64,000 nucleotides of DNA from Chloroflexota bacterium (lineage in GTDB: Bacteria > Chloroflexota > Limnocylindria > Limnocylindrales > CSP1-4). The notes below the pieces were generated by a model that saw only the letters and a program-made list of their open reading frames with translations, did no database searches and was not told the origin of the DNA. This document shows positions 8,386-16,706 of this stretch, in pieces. The DNA lies in assembly GCA_025358515.1 (NCBI GenBank), contig JANYJG010000061.1, positions 18,113 to 82,112 on the forward strand, in the 5' to 3' direction. Each line of letters starts with the position of its first letter. Position 1 is the first letter of the stretch. The translations under genes were made by a program, and so were the position numbers.

Positions 8386-9243
8386 ATGCGATCTGTTCGC
8401 TCCCTATTTACCGCCGCGGGCCGGCCGACACGTCGGCTTCGCCCTGTGGGCCGACGGATTGCCGCGGGCGGGCGGCGGCTTCAGCGACCCTTCCGTAGAA
8501 TCGCAGCCGACCTCCTGGGCCTCGCGCCGGCGCTCATTGTGGCCGCAGGCGTCTTCCTGATCGCAGCGGGCCTCTTCAACTACCTCCAGCCGGCCGAGGT
8601 GCAGCCAACGCCATCGGCCTTAATCGCGGCGCCTTCAGCGTCGGGGCCCGTCTTAACGATTGTGCCATCGGGTTCGGTCTCGCCTTCGGGCAGCGCACAC
8701 ACCGCCGCTGCGCTCGCAACCCGGATCGTCATCCCGGCCCTCAACATCGACCTTCCGATCGTGAACTCCCCGCAGAACGAGCGGTTCCCGCTCTGCAATG
8801 CAGCCGAGTACTTCACCCTGGGCAAGGTCTTCGGCTATCCGGGTCTGCCGCAGGCAACCTACTTGTATGCCCACGCTCGGACCGGGATGTTCCTGCCGCT
8901 GCTTACGGCATCGCAGCGCAACGATGGCCCGTCGATGGTTGGGCTGACCGTCGAGGTGTATACCGCCGACGACCAGCGCCACTTCTACGAGATCACTCAG
9001 GTGATCCGCCGCGTTCCACCGGTATCCAAATCACTTGACCGGCCGCTGGGCGCCAAGACCGACGAGCTGTGGCTGCAGACCTCCGAGGGTCCCCACGAGA
9101 GCTCCACGAAACTACAAGTTCTGGCTATGCCATTTGGCGTCCTGGCCGCCGACCATGCCGCCGCCCATCCAACGGCGCAAGGCAACGTGTGCCCTGACGC
9201 GCCGCGCTGCACCGCAGCCAATCAGGGCGGCTGCCGGCGCTGA
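8386..9243 (+). CDS. Membrane-anchored sortase-fold protein with Ser at the catalytic Cys position
   Basis: Basic N-terminus plus one TM, then sortase-like blocks: RIVIPALNIDLPIV, YLYAHARTGMFLPLL (His block), VEVYTADDQRHFYEITQV and ELWLQTSEGP (where sortases have TLxTC). Confidence 0.5.
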   Translation: MRSVRSLFTAAGRPTRRLRPVGRRIAAGGRRLQRPFRRIAADLLGLAPALIVAAGVFLIAAGLFNYLQPAEVQPTPSALIAAPSASGPVLTIVPSGSVSPSGSAHTAAALATRIVIPALNIDLPIVNSPQNERFPLCNAAEYFTLGKVFGYPGLPQATYLYAHARTGMFLPLLTASQRNDGPSMVGLTVEVYTADDQRHFYEITQVIRRVPPVSKSLDRPLGAKTDELWLQTSEGPHESSTKLQVLAMPFGVLAADHAAAHPTAQGNVCPDAPRCTAANQGGCRR

Positions 9244-9252
9244 GCGGCCCCG

Positions 9253-10281
9253 CTAGATCCAGTTGATCCGCCTCAGAGTGGCTACGGCAACACCCGCCAG
9301 CAGCATCGATCCAGCGGTAACGATCCAGAAACCCGGGCCTTCGTCCAACCGGAACGCGGCTTGCGCCTCGCTCATGCCGAAGATGCCGGCCACGGCACCG
9401 ACCCCGGCAACCACGACCGTCACACCGGTCAGCCGCTTCATGATCAGGGACAGGTTGTTGTTGACCGTGGACAGGTACGTCTCAAGAGTGGCCGAAGCGA
9501 GTTCCCGGTACGTGTCCAGTTCGTCGGTCAGCCTGATCAGGTGGTCGTAGGCGTCGCGGAAATAGAGCCGCTCGTCGCCGGAGATCGTCGTTTCCTCGCG
9601 GCTCGAAAGGATGTTGAACATCTCGCGCTCGGGCGCGGTCACCCGCCGAATCCAGATGAGCGAGCGCTTGAGCTCGAAGAGCCGCTCCAGAAGGGCTCGA
9701 TCGGCTTTGTAGACGACCTGATCTTCGAGGTCGTCGATGTCGTCGCCGAGCCGGTCCAGGATCGGGAAGTAGTTGTCGATGACGTCGTCGGCCAGGGCCC
9801 ACAACAGATGGTCCGTTCCGCGGCGCATCGTCTCCGCCAGGCCCATTCGCAGGTGGCGAGTGGTCCGCGGATCCCACCAGCGGCTGTGGCTGGTCATCAG
9901 GAAGGTGCGGCCAAGGACGAAATCGATCTCGCGGTCGTAAATGTGTCCGTCATCGAAGCCGAGGGAGAAAATCACGAGGTGGAGCACCTCGCCAACCTGT
10001 TCCAGTTTGGCTCGCTGATCGCGTTCGGCCAGGTCCTCCGCAAGCAATGGGTGGAGGCTCAGGATCTGCGAAACCTGGTTGAGGAGCGCCGGCGAAGCGC
10101 CGCACAGGTCGACCCAAAGCTGAGCCCGCGCCCTGGCCACGGCGCCGGGGAGTTCGGCCATCGCGGCCGCACCTTCGAACTCGACGATGGCGCCCTGTTC
10201 AAAGACAACGAGCCGCACGACGCCTTCGGCATCCACCCGAGCGGCCACCGGAACCGCGTCAGAAGGCGATTGGTTCGCCAT
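9253..10281 (-). CDS. corA: CorA-family divalent cation channel
   Basis: 342 aa. Cytoplasmic domain followed by two C-terminal TMs: VVVAGVGAVAGIFGMSEAQ ... FWIVTAGSMLLAGVAVATLRRINWI. The signature reads GMS rather than GMN. Confidence 0.8.
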   Translation of the reverse strand: MANQSPSDAVPVAARVDAEGVVRLVVFEQGAIVEFEGAAAMAELPGAVARARAQLWVDLCGASPALLNQVSQILSLHPLLAEDLAERDQRAKLEQVGEVLHLVIFSLGFDDGHIYDREIDFVLGRTFLMTSHSRWWDPRTTRHLRMGLAETMRRGTDHLLWALADDVIDNYFPILDRLGDDIDDLEDQVVYKADRALLERLFELKRSLIWIRRVTAPEREMFNILSSREETTISGDERLYFRDAYDHLIRLTDELDTYRELASATLETYLSTVNNNLSLIMKRLTGVTVVVAGVGAVAGIFGMSEAQAAFRLDEGPGFWIVTAGSMLLAGVAVATLRRINWI

Positions 10282-11884
10282 TCCCCGTCTCCAATTCTAT
10301 GTCCGAGCCTTCGGAGTTCGTCCGCCGCACCGGTAGCCGCATCATCAACGCCGGCACGAATGCCAGCGCCGTAACTATCGCGGCGACGAGAAAGACGCCC
10401 ACCATGATCGATGCCGCCTTGTTCGCGGCCCACGCCTCCAGGGCCTGGGCTACCAGTCCGTCGTTCATGGGCCGGTCACGCAAGTAGGCTGGGATGTACT
10501 GCTTGTAGCCGTCGCCGGTGCCGTAGACCTGCGCCGACAGCCGCGAAATCGTCGTCGACCCGTAGGCCGTAAGGGCGGCCATGCCGATAGCCATGCCGAT
10601 CATTCGCGCGACGGTGACCGTGGCCGATGCGGCACCGAAGGCCCGCCTGCCCGCGGACTCCACGGCGGCCGTCGAGCGAGGGGTGACCGTTAGACCGAAG
10701 CCCAGGCCGAAGACGGCGGCAGACAGGGCGAAGGCGCGCGGATCGGCCTCCGGAGTCCAAGTCGACATCCACAGCAGACCGCCGCTGCTCAAGGCCAGAC
10801 CGACGACGGTCAAGAGGCGCAGCGAGAGCCTGCGCGCCAGAAACCCCGAAACCAGGGCCCCAAGGGCCATCATGGCGGCCAGCGCGCCCAGAACCACGCG
10901 CTGCTCCTGCGGCCCGCCATACAGGACGCGATCCACGAACACCGCCCCACCGACAATCGCGGTCGCCAGGCCATAGCCTGTGAGCAGTGAGATCAGGGCC
11001 GCCGAGCTGAAGACGCGGTCCGCGAATAGCCGCGGATCAAGGAACGGGTCGGTGCGGCGCAGGCCGTGGACGATCGCCAGCACACTGCTCACCCCACCGA
11101 TAACCAGCAGGGCGGCCACCGCTACTTCGGTTGGCAGGCCGAAGACCTGGTCGGCGTTCCCGATCAGGGTCGTGCCGCTCAGGATGCCGCCCAGGCCCAC
11201 CGTAAATAGCAGCGCGCCACGCAGGTCGAGCCGAGACGGCACGCGGGGCGTGTCCCAGCCGTAGCTCGCGGCCCAGGCAATCGCCAGGGCGCAGATGCCG
11301 ATCGGGACGTTGATGTAAAAGACCCAACGCCACGACGGCGCGATTGTGCCGACGAGCGGTCCTGCGGCGATCCCCATCTGGGCGAGGGCTGTTTCGGGAT
11401 GGGCCGTCTCCAGGACCGCGGCCCCGACGAACGGGCCTGCCGCCATGCCCAGGAACGTCAGCGCGCCGATGATGCCCAGGGCCCGCGGCCGAGCCGCTCC
11501 TTCGAACATGTGCGAGGCGGCGGCAGTGGCCACTGGGATGAGGGCGCCGCCGCCCACTGCCTGGACGAGGCGGGCGGCGATCAGCTGATCCAGGTTCTGG
11601 GACAATCCGGCCAGAAGCGATCCGATCGTGAACACAGCCAGAGCCGCGAGGAACAGGCGGCGAGCGCCCCAGATATCCGTCAGTCGGCCCGCCAGAGGCA
11701 TCGTCACGACATACACGAGCAGGTAGCCGTTGATGATCCATGACGCTTGGCGCAGGTCGGCCCAGGTCGCCATCGTCGCCAAGATCTGGGGCAGTGCCAC
11801 GGCGGTGACCATCAACTCGAGCCCGGCCAGGAAGACGCCCACTCCCAGGACGGTCAGCAGCACGTACGATTCGCGGCGATGCAT
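10259..11884 (-). CDS. MFS transporter, DHA2 (14-TMS, EmrB/QacA-like)
   Basis: I chose ATG 11884 (MHRRESYVLLTVLGVGVFLAGLELMVTAVALPQI); the ORF extends to 11935. Motif PLAGRLTDIWGARR is present. The 3' end overlaps the corA start by 23 nt. Confidence 0.85.
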   Translation of the reverse strand: MHRRESYVLLTVLGVGVFLAGLELMVTAVALPQILATMATWADLRQASWIINGYLLVYVVTMPLAGRLTDIWGARRLFLAALAVFTIGSLLAGLSQNLDQLIAARLVQAVGGGALIPVATAAASHMFEGAARPRALGIIGALTFLGMAAGPFVGAAVLETAHPETALAQMGIAAGPLVGTIAPSWRWVFYINVPIGICALAIAWAASYGWDTPRVPSRLDLRGALLFTVGLGGILSGTTLIGNADQVFGLPTEVAVAALLVIGGVSSVLAIVHGLRRTDPFLDPRLFADRVFSSAALISLLTGYGLATAIVGGAVFVDRVLYGGPQEQRVVLGALAAMMALGALVSGFLARRLSLRLLTVVGLALSSGGLLWMSTWTPEADPRAFALSAAVFGLGFGLTVTPRSTAAVESAGRRAFGAASATVTVARMIGMAIGMAALTAYGSTTISRLSAQVYGTGDGYKQYIPAYLRDRPMNDGLVAQALEAWAANKAASIMVGVFLVAAIVTALAFVPALMMRLPVRRTNSEGSDIELETGNGEPIAF

Positions 11885-12258
11885 GCTCGGAGTGTAGGCG
11901 AGGCGGGCCGGCACCACGCCACTCCCCGCGCGCAACGTCCCGCATTAGTAGCACGGGCGGCACGAGTGGCCCGTATGCGGCCGAGTTCGGACGTGTACGA
12001 ATCCACTCACCGACTGTGGTGTTGTTTCATTCCGGCCAATGCCGGCGGACCATGCGACGGCCATCCCTAGCAAATCGCAATCTGCGTTTGGGCGGAGAAA
12101 TCTAGTCCCGCGATCCGACTTCGCCTGGATTCGGCACCGGGCGGATACGCCTCACCTTGGCGACGCCGGTCCCACGTCCTAAATTCGGCGGTCTTCCAAC
12201 TGATAGTGTTGGTTCCGACGGGGACGAGGTGCTACCCGATGAACACGGAAGGACTCGT

Positions 12259-12690
12259 ATGCGATATCGCTTTGGATTCTTGCTGCTAGCTGCCGCCTTT
12301 GTCTTAGGAACAGCCGCGCCGGCCTTAGCCGTTCTGTCGCCAAGCATTCACACGAATGCAACTGTGCCCAGCAACGGGGCCTGGCTCGTCTACAACCACA
12401 ACTACCACCATAACCCTTCGCCGTACTATTCGAGCGGGATCGATTTCCAACTCGATGACAATATTCGCAACGGGATCCTGGTGGGAATAAGCCAGACGGG
12501 TAACGGCGGATACGTCAATTCGTACAACCTCTGGAGACCCGATGTGTGGGCCGACTATCGCTTCGGTGATAGCTGGACGGACATGTACTTCCACACTGCC
12601 GCCGCCATGTACGGAAGCTGTGGATGGGTCGCGCCGTGGGATAGCTGCGACACGTACTGGGGTGGCTGGATCGGTGGAGCGACCGGCTAG
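12259..12690 (+). CDS. Small secreted aromatic/Asn/Gly-rich protein (unknown; bacteriocin-like candidate)
   Basis: ATG 12259 is preceded by GGAAGGA. Sec signal MRYRFGFLLLAAAFVLGTAAPALA. The mature part is about 118 aa, rich in W/Y/N/G with 2 Cys, and includes YNHNYHHNPSPYY. The region looks more AT-rich than its surroundings. Confidence 0.6.
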   Translation: MRYRFGFLLLAAAFVLGTAAPALAVLSPSIHTNATVPSNGAWLVYNHNYHHNPSPYYSSGIDFQLDDNIRNGILVGISQTGNGGYVNSYNLWRPDVWADYRFGDSWTDMYFHTAAAMYGSCGWVAPWDSCDTYWGGWIGGATG

Positions 12691-12730
12691 ACCCTAACCT
12701 TATCAATCGCACGTCGTCCGGGTCATTCGT

Positions 12731-12761
12731 AGACTGTGGAAGGCGTTCCCTTCCACAGTCT
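12731..12761 (+). other. Perfect 13-bp stem-loop between the secreted-protein and lipoprotein genes
   Basis: AGACTGTGGAAGG-cgttc-CCTTCCACAGTCT seen directly. No U-tract follows, so it may be an attenuator, an RNA-stability element or a partial terminator. Confidence 0.5.
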
Positions 12762-12781
12762 CGACTATTGAGGCTTGCGAG

Positions 12782-13252
12782 ATGAGCACCCGACGAATTG
12801 CATGCCTGATAACTGTCGTGCTTCTGCTGGTAGTTGCTACCGGGGCTTGCGGTTCAAGCTCTAGTCAGCCCCAGTTCAATTCTGAGTCCGGACGGGAAGC
12901 AGAGCAGTCAGCCGAGATCGCAAAGCTTGCTTGGCCCCCTGAGGCTCCAATGCCCTCCTTTGCACGTCCGCCCATCAGTCAGAGAGAGACCAACTATGAA
13001 CTCGGGTTTGGGACAACGGAGGCGGATTTCGCTTGGTTCTGTTCGTGGTCTCAGGAATGGCTGGATACACGCACGACCAATTCAAAGCGAGCAACGGACG
13101 CATTGAGCAAGCTGGACGGTATAGTTCACCTCGAGGCGTGGACCACCCTGGATCCTGACGGCCAGCAACCGATGCTGGACGCGATCTCGCGAGCAAGACT
13201 CGGAGACGCAGGAGCGATGCAATCAATAAGACGGTCGCTGAGTTGCCAGTAG
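12782..13252 (+). CDS. Lipoprotein of unknown function
   Basis: Signal plus lipobox: LLLVVATGAC followed by GSSSS. 156 aa with no recognisable catalytic motif. Confidence 0.6.
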   Translation: MSTRRIACLITVVLLLVVATGACGSSSSQPQFNSESGREAEQSAEIAKLAWPPEAPMPSFARPPISQRETNYELGFGTTEADFAWFCSWSQEWLDTRTTNSKRATDALSKLDGIVHLEAWTTLDPDGQQPMLDAISRARLGDAGAMQSIRRSLSCQ

Positions 13253-14163
13253 TGATCCGGTATTGCCGGACGCTGTTCCCGCTGCTCCTTTCGGCACTAT
13301 TGGCTGGCGGATGTGGCGCTAGTGCCCTGCCGGTCCCTGCCGCAACCCCCGCGGGCCCTAAGACTGCCGTCGTAAGCATTGGGGACATAGTCAGCGTCTT
13401 GACCGTCGACGGCGTGGTTGTCGCCAGACCCACGTTCGTCCTGGAAGCTCCCGCGACCGGAACCATTCAGATTCTGTCAGCATCGACGTCGCCCGGCTCG
13501 ACTACAACGCGAATCGCGACGATCGAGTCGGGATCTGGCGAGATACCGCTCATTCTTCCGGCTAACTCCGGAGTGACCGGGTGGATGGTCCGAGATGGCG
13601 ATCCAGTGACTGCGGGACTGCCGGTCGTTGCCGGCTACTATTCAGGCTTCGCGATTCAGGCGACGGTTGCAGATGTGAGTCTCTACCGTCTGTACGGGGC
13701 AGTCACCAACAGCCGGGCGGAAATACCCCACGGGCCCGGTCCCTTCCAATGTGATTTGCTGGGCGGAATATCTTCGAGTGTGTCAGGGGGCGAGATCGTC
13801 GGTGGCCCAGCACCTTCGGCCGCCGACGGCACGCCGGCCACAACAGCTCCATTGGTTGATGCCACGGGACCAGTTCGACTGCTGTGTTCTCCTCCCCGCG
13901 ACATCAGACTGTTTGCCGGAATGCACGCGATCGTTGCGGTGACAACAGCGGAGGCTCGCGGCGCCATGCTCCTGCCAGTGGAGGCGGTCGCTGGAAGTAG
14001 CCAGCACGGGAAAGTCACCCTCGTGCTGAGTGATGGCAGTCGGCGGGATCAGTCTGTAGATATCGGCATCACCGATGGAGTGATGATCCAGATCACCGGC
14101 GGACTCAAGGCGGGCGACGAAGTAGCTGTACCTGGGCCATTTCTGCAAGGGCCGACCCAGTAG
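13252..14163 (+). CDS. Efflux periplasmic/extracytoplasmic adaptor (HlyD/MacA/YknX-like), lipoprotein
   Basis: GTG 13252 overlaps the upstream stop (TAGTG); TTG 13243 is an alternative start. Lipobox LLAGGC. The C-terminal block VDIGITDGVMIQITGGLKAGDEVAV is typical of membrane-fusion proteins. No long coiled-coil hairpin is evident. Confidence 0.6.
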   Translation: MIRYCRTLFPLLLSALLAGGCGASALPVPAATPAGPKTAVVSIGDIVSVLTVDGVVVARPTFVLEAPATGTIQILSASTSPGSTTTRIATIESGSGEIPLILPANSGVTGWMVRDGDPVTAGLPVVAGYYSGFAIQATVADVSLYRLYGAVTNSRAEIPHGPGPFQCDLLGGISSSVSGGEIVGGPAPSAADGTPATTAPLVDATGPVRLLCSPPRDIRLFAGMHAIVAVTTAEARGAMLLPVEAVAGSSQHGKVTLVLSDGSRRDQSVDIGITDGVMIQITGGLKAGDEVAVPGPFLQGPTQ

Positions 14164-14843
14164 TGCTGGTGCTCAAAGACGTCTCGAAGTCCTTCCGCCG
14201 CCCAGATGCCGAACCGATTGACGTTCTGTCGGGAGTCAGTCTCGTCGTACCTCCTTCGACCGCCATTGGGATTCTTGGTCGATCTGGATCGGGCAAGAGC
14301 ACGCTTCTGAGCATCATGGGCCTCCTCGAAGCACCCGACGGAGGGTCCCTCGAGCTCGATGGAGTTGACGTGCGTCCGATCTCCGACAATGCAGCGGCCA
14401 GGTTGCGGGGGGAGCGATTGGGCTTCGTATTTCAGCGGGCGCTGTTGCTACCAAGTCTGTCTGCCGCTGAAAATGTGGAGATTCCGCTTCTCCATGCGCA
14501 ACACGTTCCTATCGGGCGCACGCGCCGACAACTCGTGGGCGAGGCGCTCGAGCGTGTTGGGATCAGTCATCGGGCCAAGCACCGTCCCAACCAGCTAAGT
14601 GGGGGGGAGCAGCAATTGGTTGCGCTTGCGAGAGCGCTCGTTAGACAGCCGACATATCTGCTGGCCGACGAACCCACAGGGAACCTAGACCCAGCTACGG
14701 GTGAGCGTATCGTGCGGACCCTTGTCTCCCTGACAAGCGACCCACCGACCTCCGTGGTCATGGTGACCCACGATCATCAGTTGGCGGCGCTTCTCCACAA
14801 ACGCTACGAGCTTGTCGATGGACGTCTTCGGGAAATGACGTGA
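14163..14843 (+). CDS. ABC transporter ATP-binding protein (MacB/LolD/FtsE-like)
   Basis: Walker A GRSGSGKST, signature LSGGEQQ, Walker B LLADEPTGNLD. The GTG start overlaps the upstream stop. Confidence 0.92.
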   Translation: MLVLKDVSKSFRRPDAEPIDVLSGVSLVVPPSTAIGILGRSGSGKSTLLSIMGLLEAPDGGSLELDGVDVRPISDNAAARLRGERLGFVFQRALLLPSLSAAENVEIPLLHAQHVPIGRTRRQLVGEALERVGISHRAKHRPNQLSGGEQQLVALARALVRQPTYLLADEPTGNLDPATGERIVRTLVSLTSDPPTSVVMVTHDHQLAALLHKRYELVDGRLREMT

Positions 14844-16009
14844 TCTCATTGCTCTACGGGGCCTGCATCGTCTCGTGGCAAACGCTTCGGGCACACAAGG
14901 TCCGGACGTTGCTCACGTGCCTGAGTCTGGCAATTGCGGTGCTGGCGCTAGTAATTGTCGATGCAGCCTCTCAGATTGCATCGACCGCCGTAGTCGCCGA
15001 AGCAAGGCTTAGCCAAGGCCTCCCCGAAACCTGGCTCCTGACCTTTCCGGCTGGGTCCGGAGTAGAGGCAAAGGCACAGCGGGCCAAGTCCCTCGCTCAG
15101 GCGATCTTGGGCCCCAGCAACGGATCCGCAGTTCTCATTGCCGAGGCAAGCGCCCGACTAAACGGGACAGGCGTGACCGTCATCGCGGTGAAGGGGGACC
15201 TCCGATCCATTCGACCTTATCGCCTGGTATCGGGAGGCTGGCTCGTCGCGTCTGCTACGCCCAATTACAGTCCCGAGCTGGTACTCAACAAGCCGGCCGC
15301 ATCTCTGCTGGGGGGCGGCGCTCCCCATCTGACCCTGCCCGGTAGCGCCTTGGTGATCTCCGCAAGGAACATTGGCGTGGTCGATGACCTTGGCTCGACG
15401 CCGACGATATACCTCAACCTCGATGACGTGCTTCTCTGGAGCGGCTTGCTCCCGGACCGCTGGTCTTTGAATATCCTTGGTCATGCCTCTTCGGAACGTC
15501 CAGGCGAAGCTGCGGTGGCCCTCAAAGAGGCTTCCAGCGTATCCGAACTCGAGGCGGACCCGCCCGTTCGCATCGACGGCCTTGGGCCCACGGCAGACGC
15601 ATTAGCGACCGTCCGGCTTACGTTCTTGTTGGTCGCTGCGGTGGCGCTGCTCGTCGGAACTCTTGGGATTCTGAACATAGGGCTGGTCTCCCTACACGAG
15701 CGCGTTGAGGAGATAGCCCTGCGGAGAGCGACTGGGGCGTTGGCGCTCCAGATAGGGTTGAGCGTTGTAATGGAGTCCGTGCTGACGGCGCTGGTGGCTG
15801 CACTTGGCGCATGCGTTCTTGCGTGGGTGGCAGTACCCCTTGTGGCGCCAGCCTTGTTCTCAAATCTGTCCCTTGCTGCTTCCCTCGATTTTCCATATCA
15901 GACGGCCATAGTGGGGATCGCGGTAGCCGGAGCAGCAGGGTTCGCCGGCGGCATCATTCCGGCAGCGAGGGCGACTCGAATCCAGATAGCAAATGTCATG
16001 AGGGCCTAA
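14840..16009 (+). CDS. ABC transporter permease, FtsX/MacB-type with a large extracytoplasmic domain
   Basis: 389 aa. TM1, then an extracellular domain of about 230 aa, then 3 C-terminal TMs. GTGA overlap with the ATPase gene. Confidence 0.85.
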   Translation: MISLLYGACIVSWQTLRAHKVRTLLTCLSLAIAVLALVIVDAASQIASTAVVAEARLSQGLPETWLLTFPAGSGVEAKAQRAKSLAQAILGPSNGSAVLIAEASARLNGTGVTVIAVKGDLRSIRPYRLVSGGWLVASATPNYSPELVLNKPAASLLGGGAPHLTLPGSALVISARNIGVVDDLGSTPTIYLNLDDVLLWSGLLPDRWSLNILGHASSERPGEAAVALKEASSVSELEADPPVRIDGLGPTADALATVRLTFLLVAAVALLVGTLGILNIGLVSLHERVEEIALRRATGALALQIGLSVVMESVLTALVAALGACVLAWVAVPLVAPALFSNLSLAASLDFPYQTAIVGIAVAGAAGFAGGIIPAARATRIQIANVMRA

Positions 16010-16212
16010 CGGTCGTCAGCCGGAAGCGCCAGCGCACTCTACTCGCCGCCATGACCGCGCCGTCCTGATCCACGCTCACCGAGAATCTGGAGGCGTGAGG
16101 ATGAATTGCCCGTCCGAATATCCCCTCAGGAGATAGGTCCGGCTCGATGCAAGGCGCGGCCATGGAGTTAACTTCAGCGCGGCCATGGACCTCTGCTCGC
16201 AACTCTGCCGGC

Positions 16213-16241
16213 TTGACACCGCCGCGCCCAAGGCATAGCAT
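16213..16241 (+). promoter_or_regulatory. Sigma-70-like promoter TTGACA-17 nt-TAGCAT upstream of the arsR-type gene
   Basis: -35 hexamer at 16213..16218, 17-nt spacer, -10-like hexamer at 16236..16241. It sits about 100 bp upstream of the GTG at 16343. Confidence 0.5.
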
Positions 16242-16242
16242 C

Positions 16243-16268
16243 AACGAGCGTTTATATAAAGGCTCGTT
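16243..16268. promoter_or_regulatory. 26-bp near-perfect palindrome (candidate ArsR-type operator)
   Basis: AACGAGCGTTTATATAAAGGCTCGTT. Only the symmetric positions 8 and 19 break dyad symmetry. The core is AT-rich in a GC-rich genome, and the palindrome starts 2 bp after the -10-like hexamer. Confidence 0.55.
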
Positions 16269-16342
16269 TGTACACCGGCAGGGATGCCCGAAGTGGGCGC
16301 CCACGCCGAACCAGCGACCGACCTTAAGAGGCAAACCGAATC

Positions 16343-16702
16343 GTGCCTTCTCCCGCGCACATCCGCTCCACAGTCTCCGCCATAGTCGATCAGCCTGACG
16401 ACCTGCGCGAGTTGCGCCTCTTCCACAAGGCCCTGGCCGACGTGAACCGCCTGCGGATCGTCCGCCGGTTGGCGGAGGGACCGGCCACCGTGGGCGATCT
16501 CATCGACCATGTCGGGCTCAGCCAGCCGCTCGTGAGCTGGCACGTCGCGCGACTCAAGGCCGCGGGCGTCGTGGAGACCAAACGGACCGGCCGCGAGGTC
16601 TTCTGCCAGCTTCGGCCCAATGTCTTCGCCGAAGTCGCCGAGCGCGAGCGCTTGCTGCTGGGCATGCCGCAACTCCCGCACCAGCCGATCGCGGCACACT
16701 GA
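16343..16702 (+). CDS. ArsR/SmtB-family HTH transcriptional regulator
   Basis: LADVNRLRIVRRLAEGPATVGDLIDHVGLSQPLVSWHVARLKAAGVVETKRTGREVFCQL. Confidence 0.85.
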   Translation: MPSPAHIRSTVSAIVDQPDDLRELRLFHKALADVNRLRIVRRLAEGPATVGDLIDHVGLSQPLVSWHVARLKAAGVVETKRTGREVFCQLRPNVFAEVAERERLLLGMPQLPHQPIAAH

Positions 16703-16706
16703 ACCG

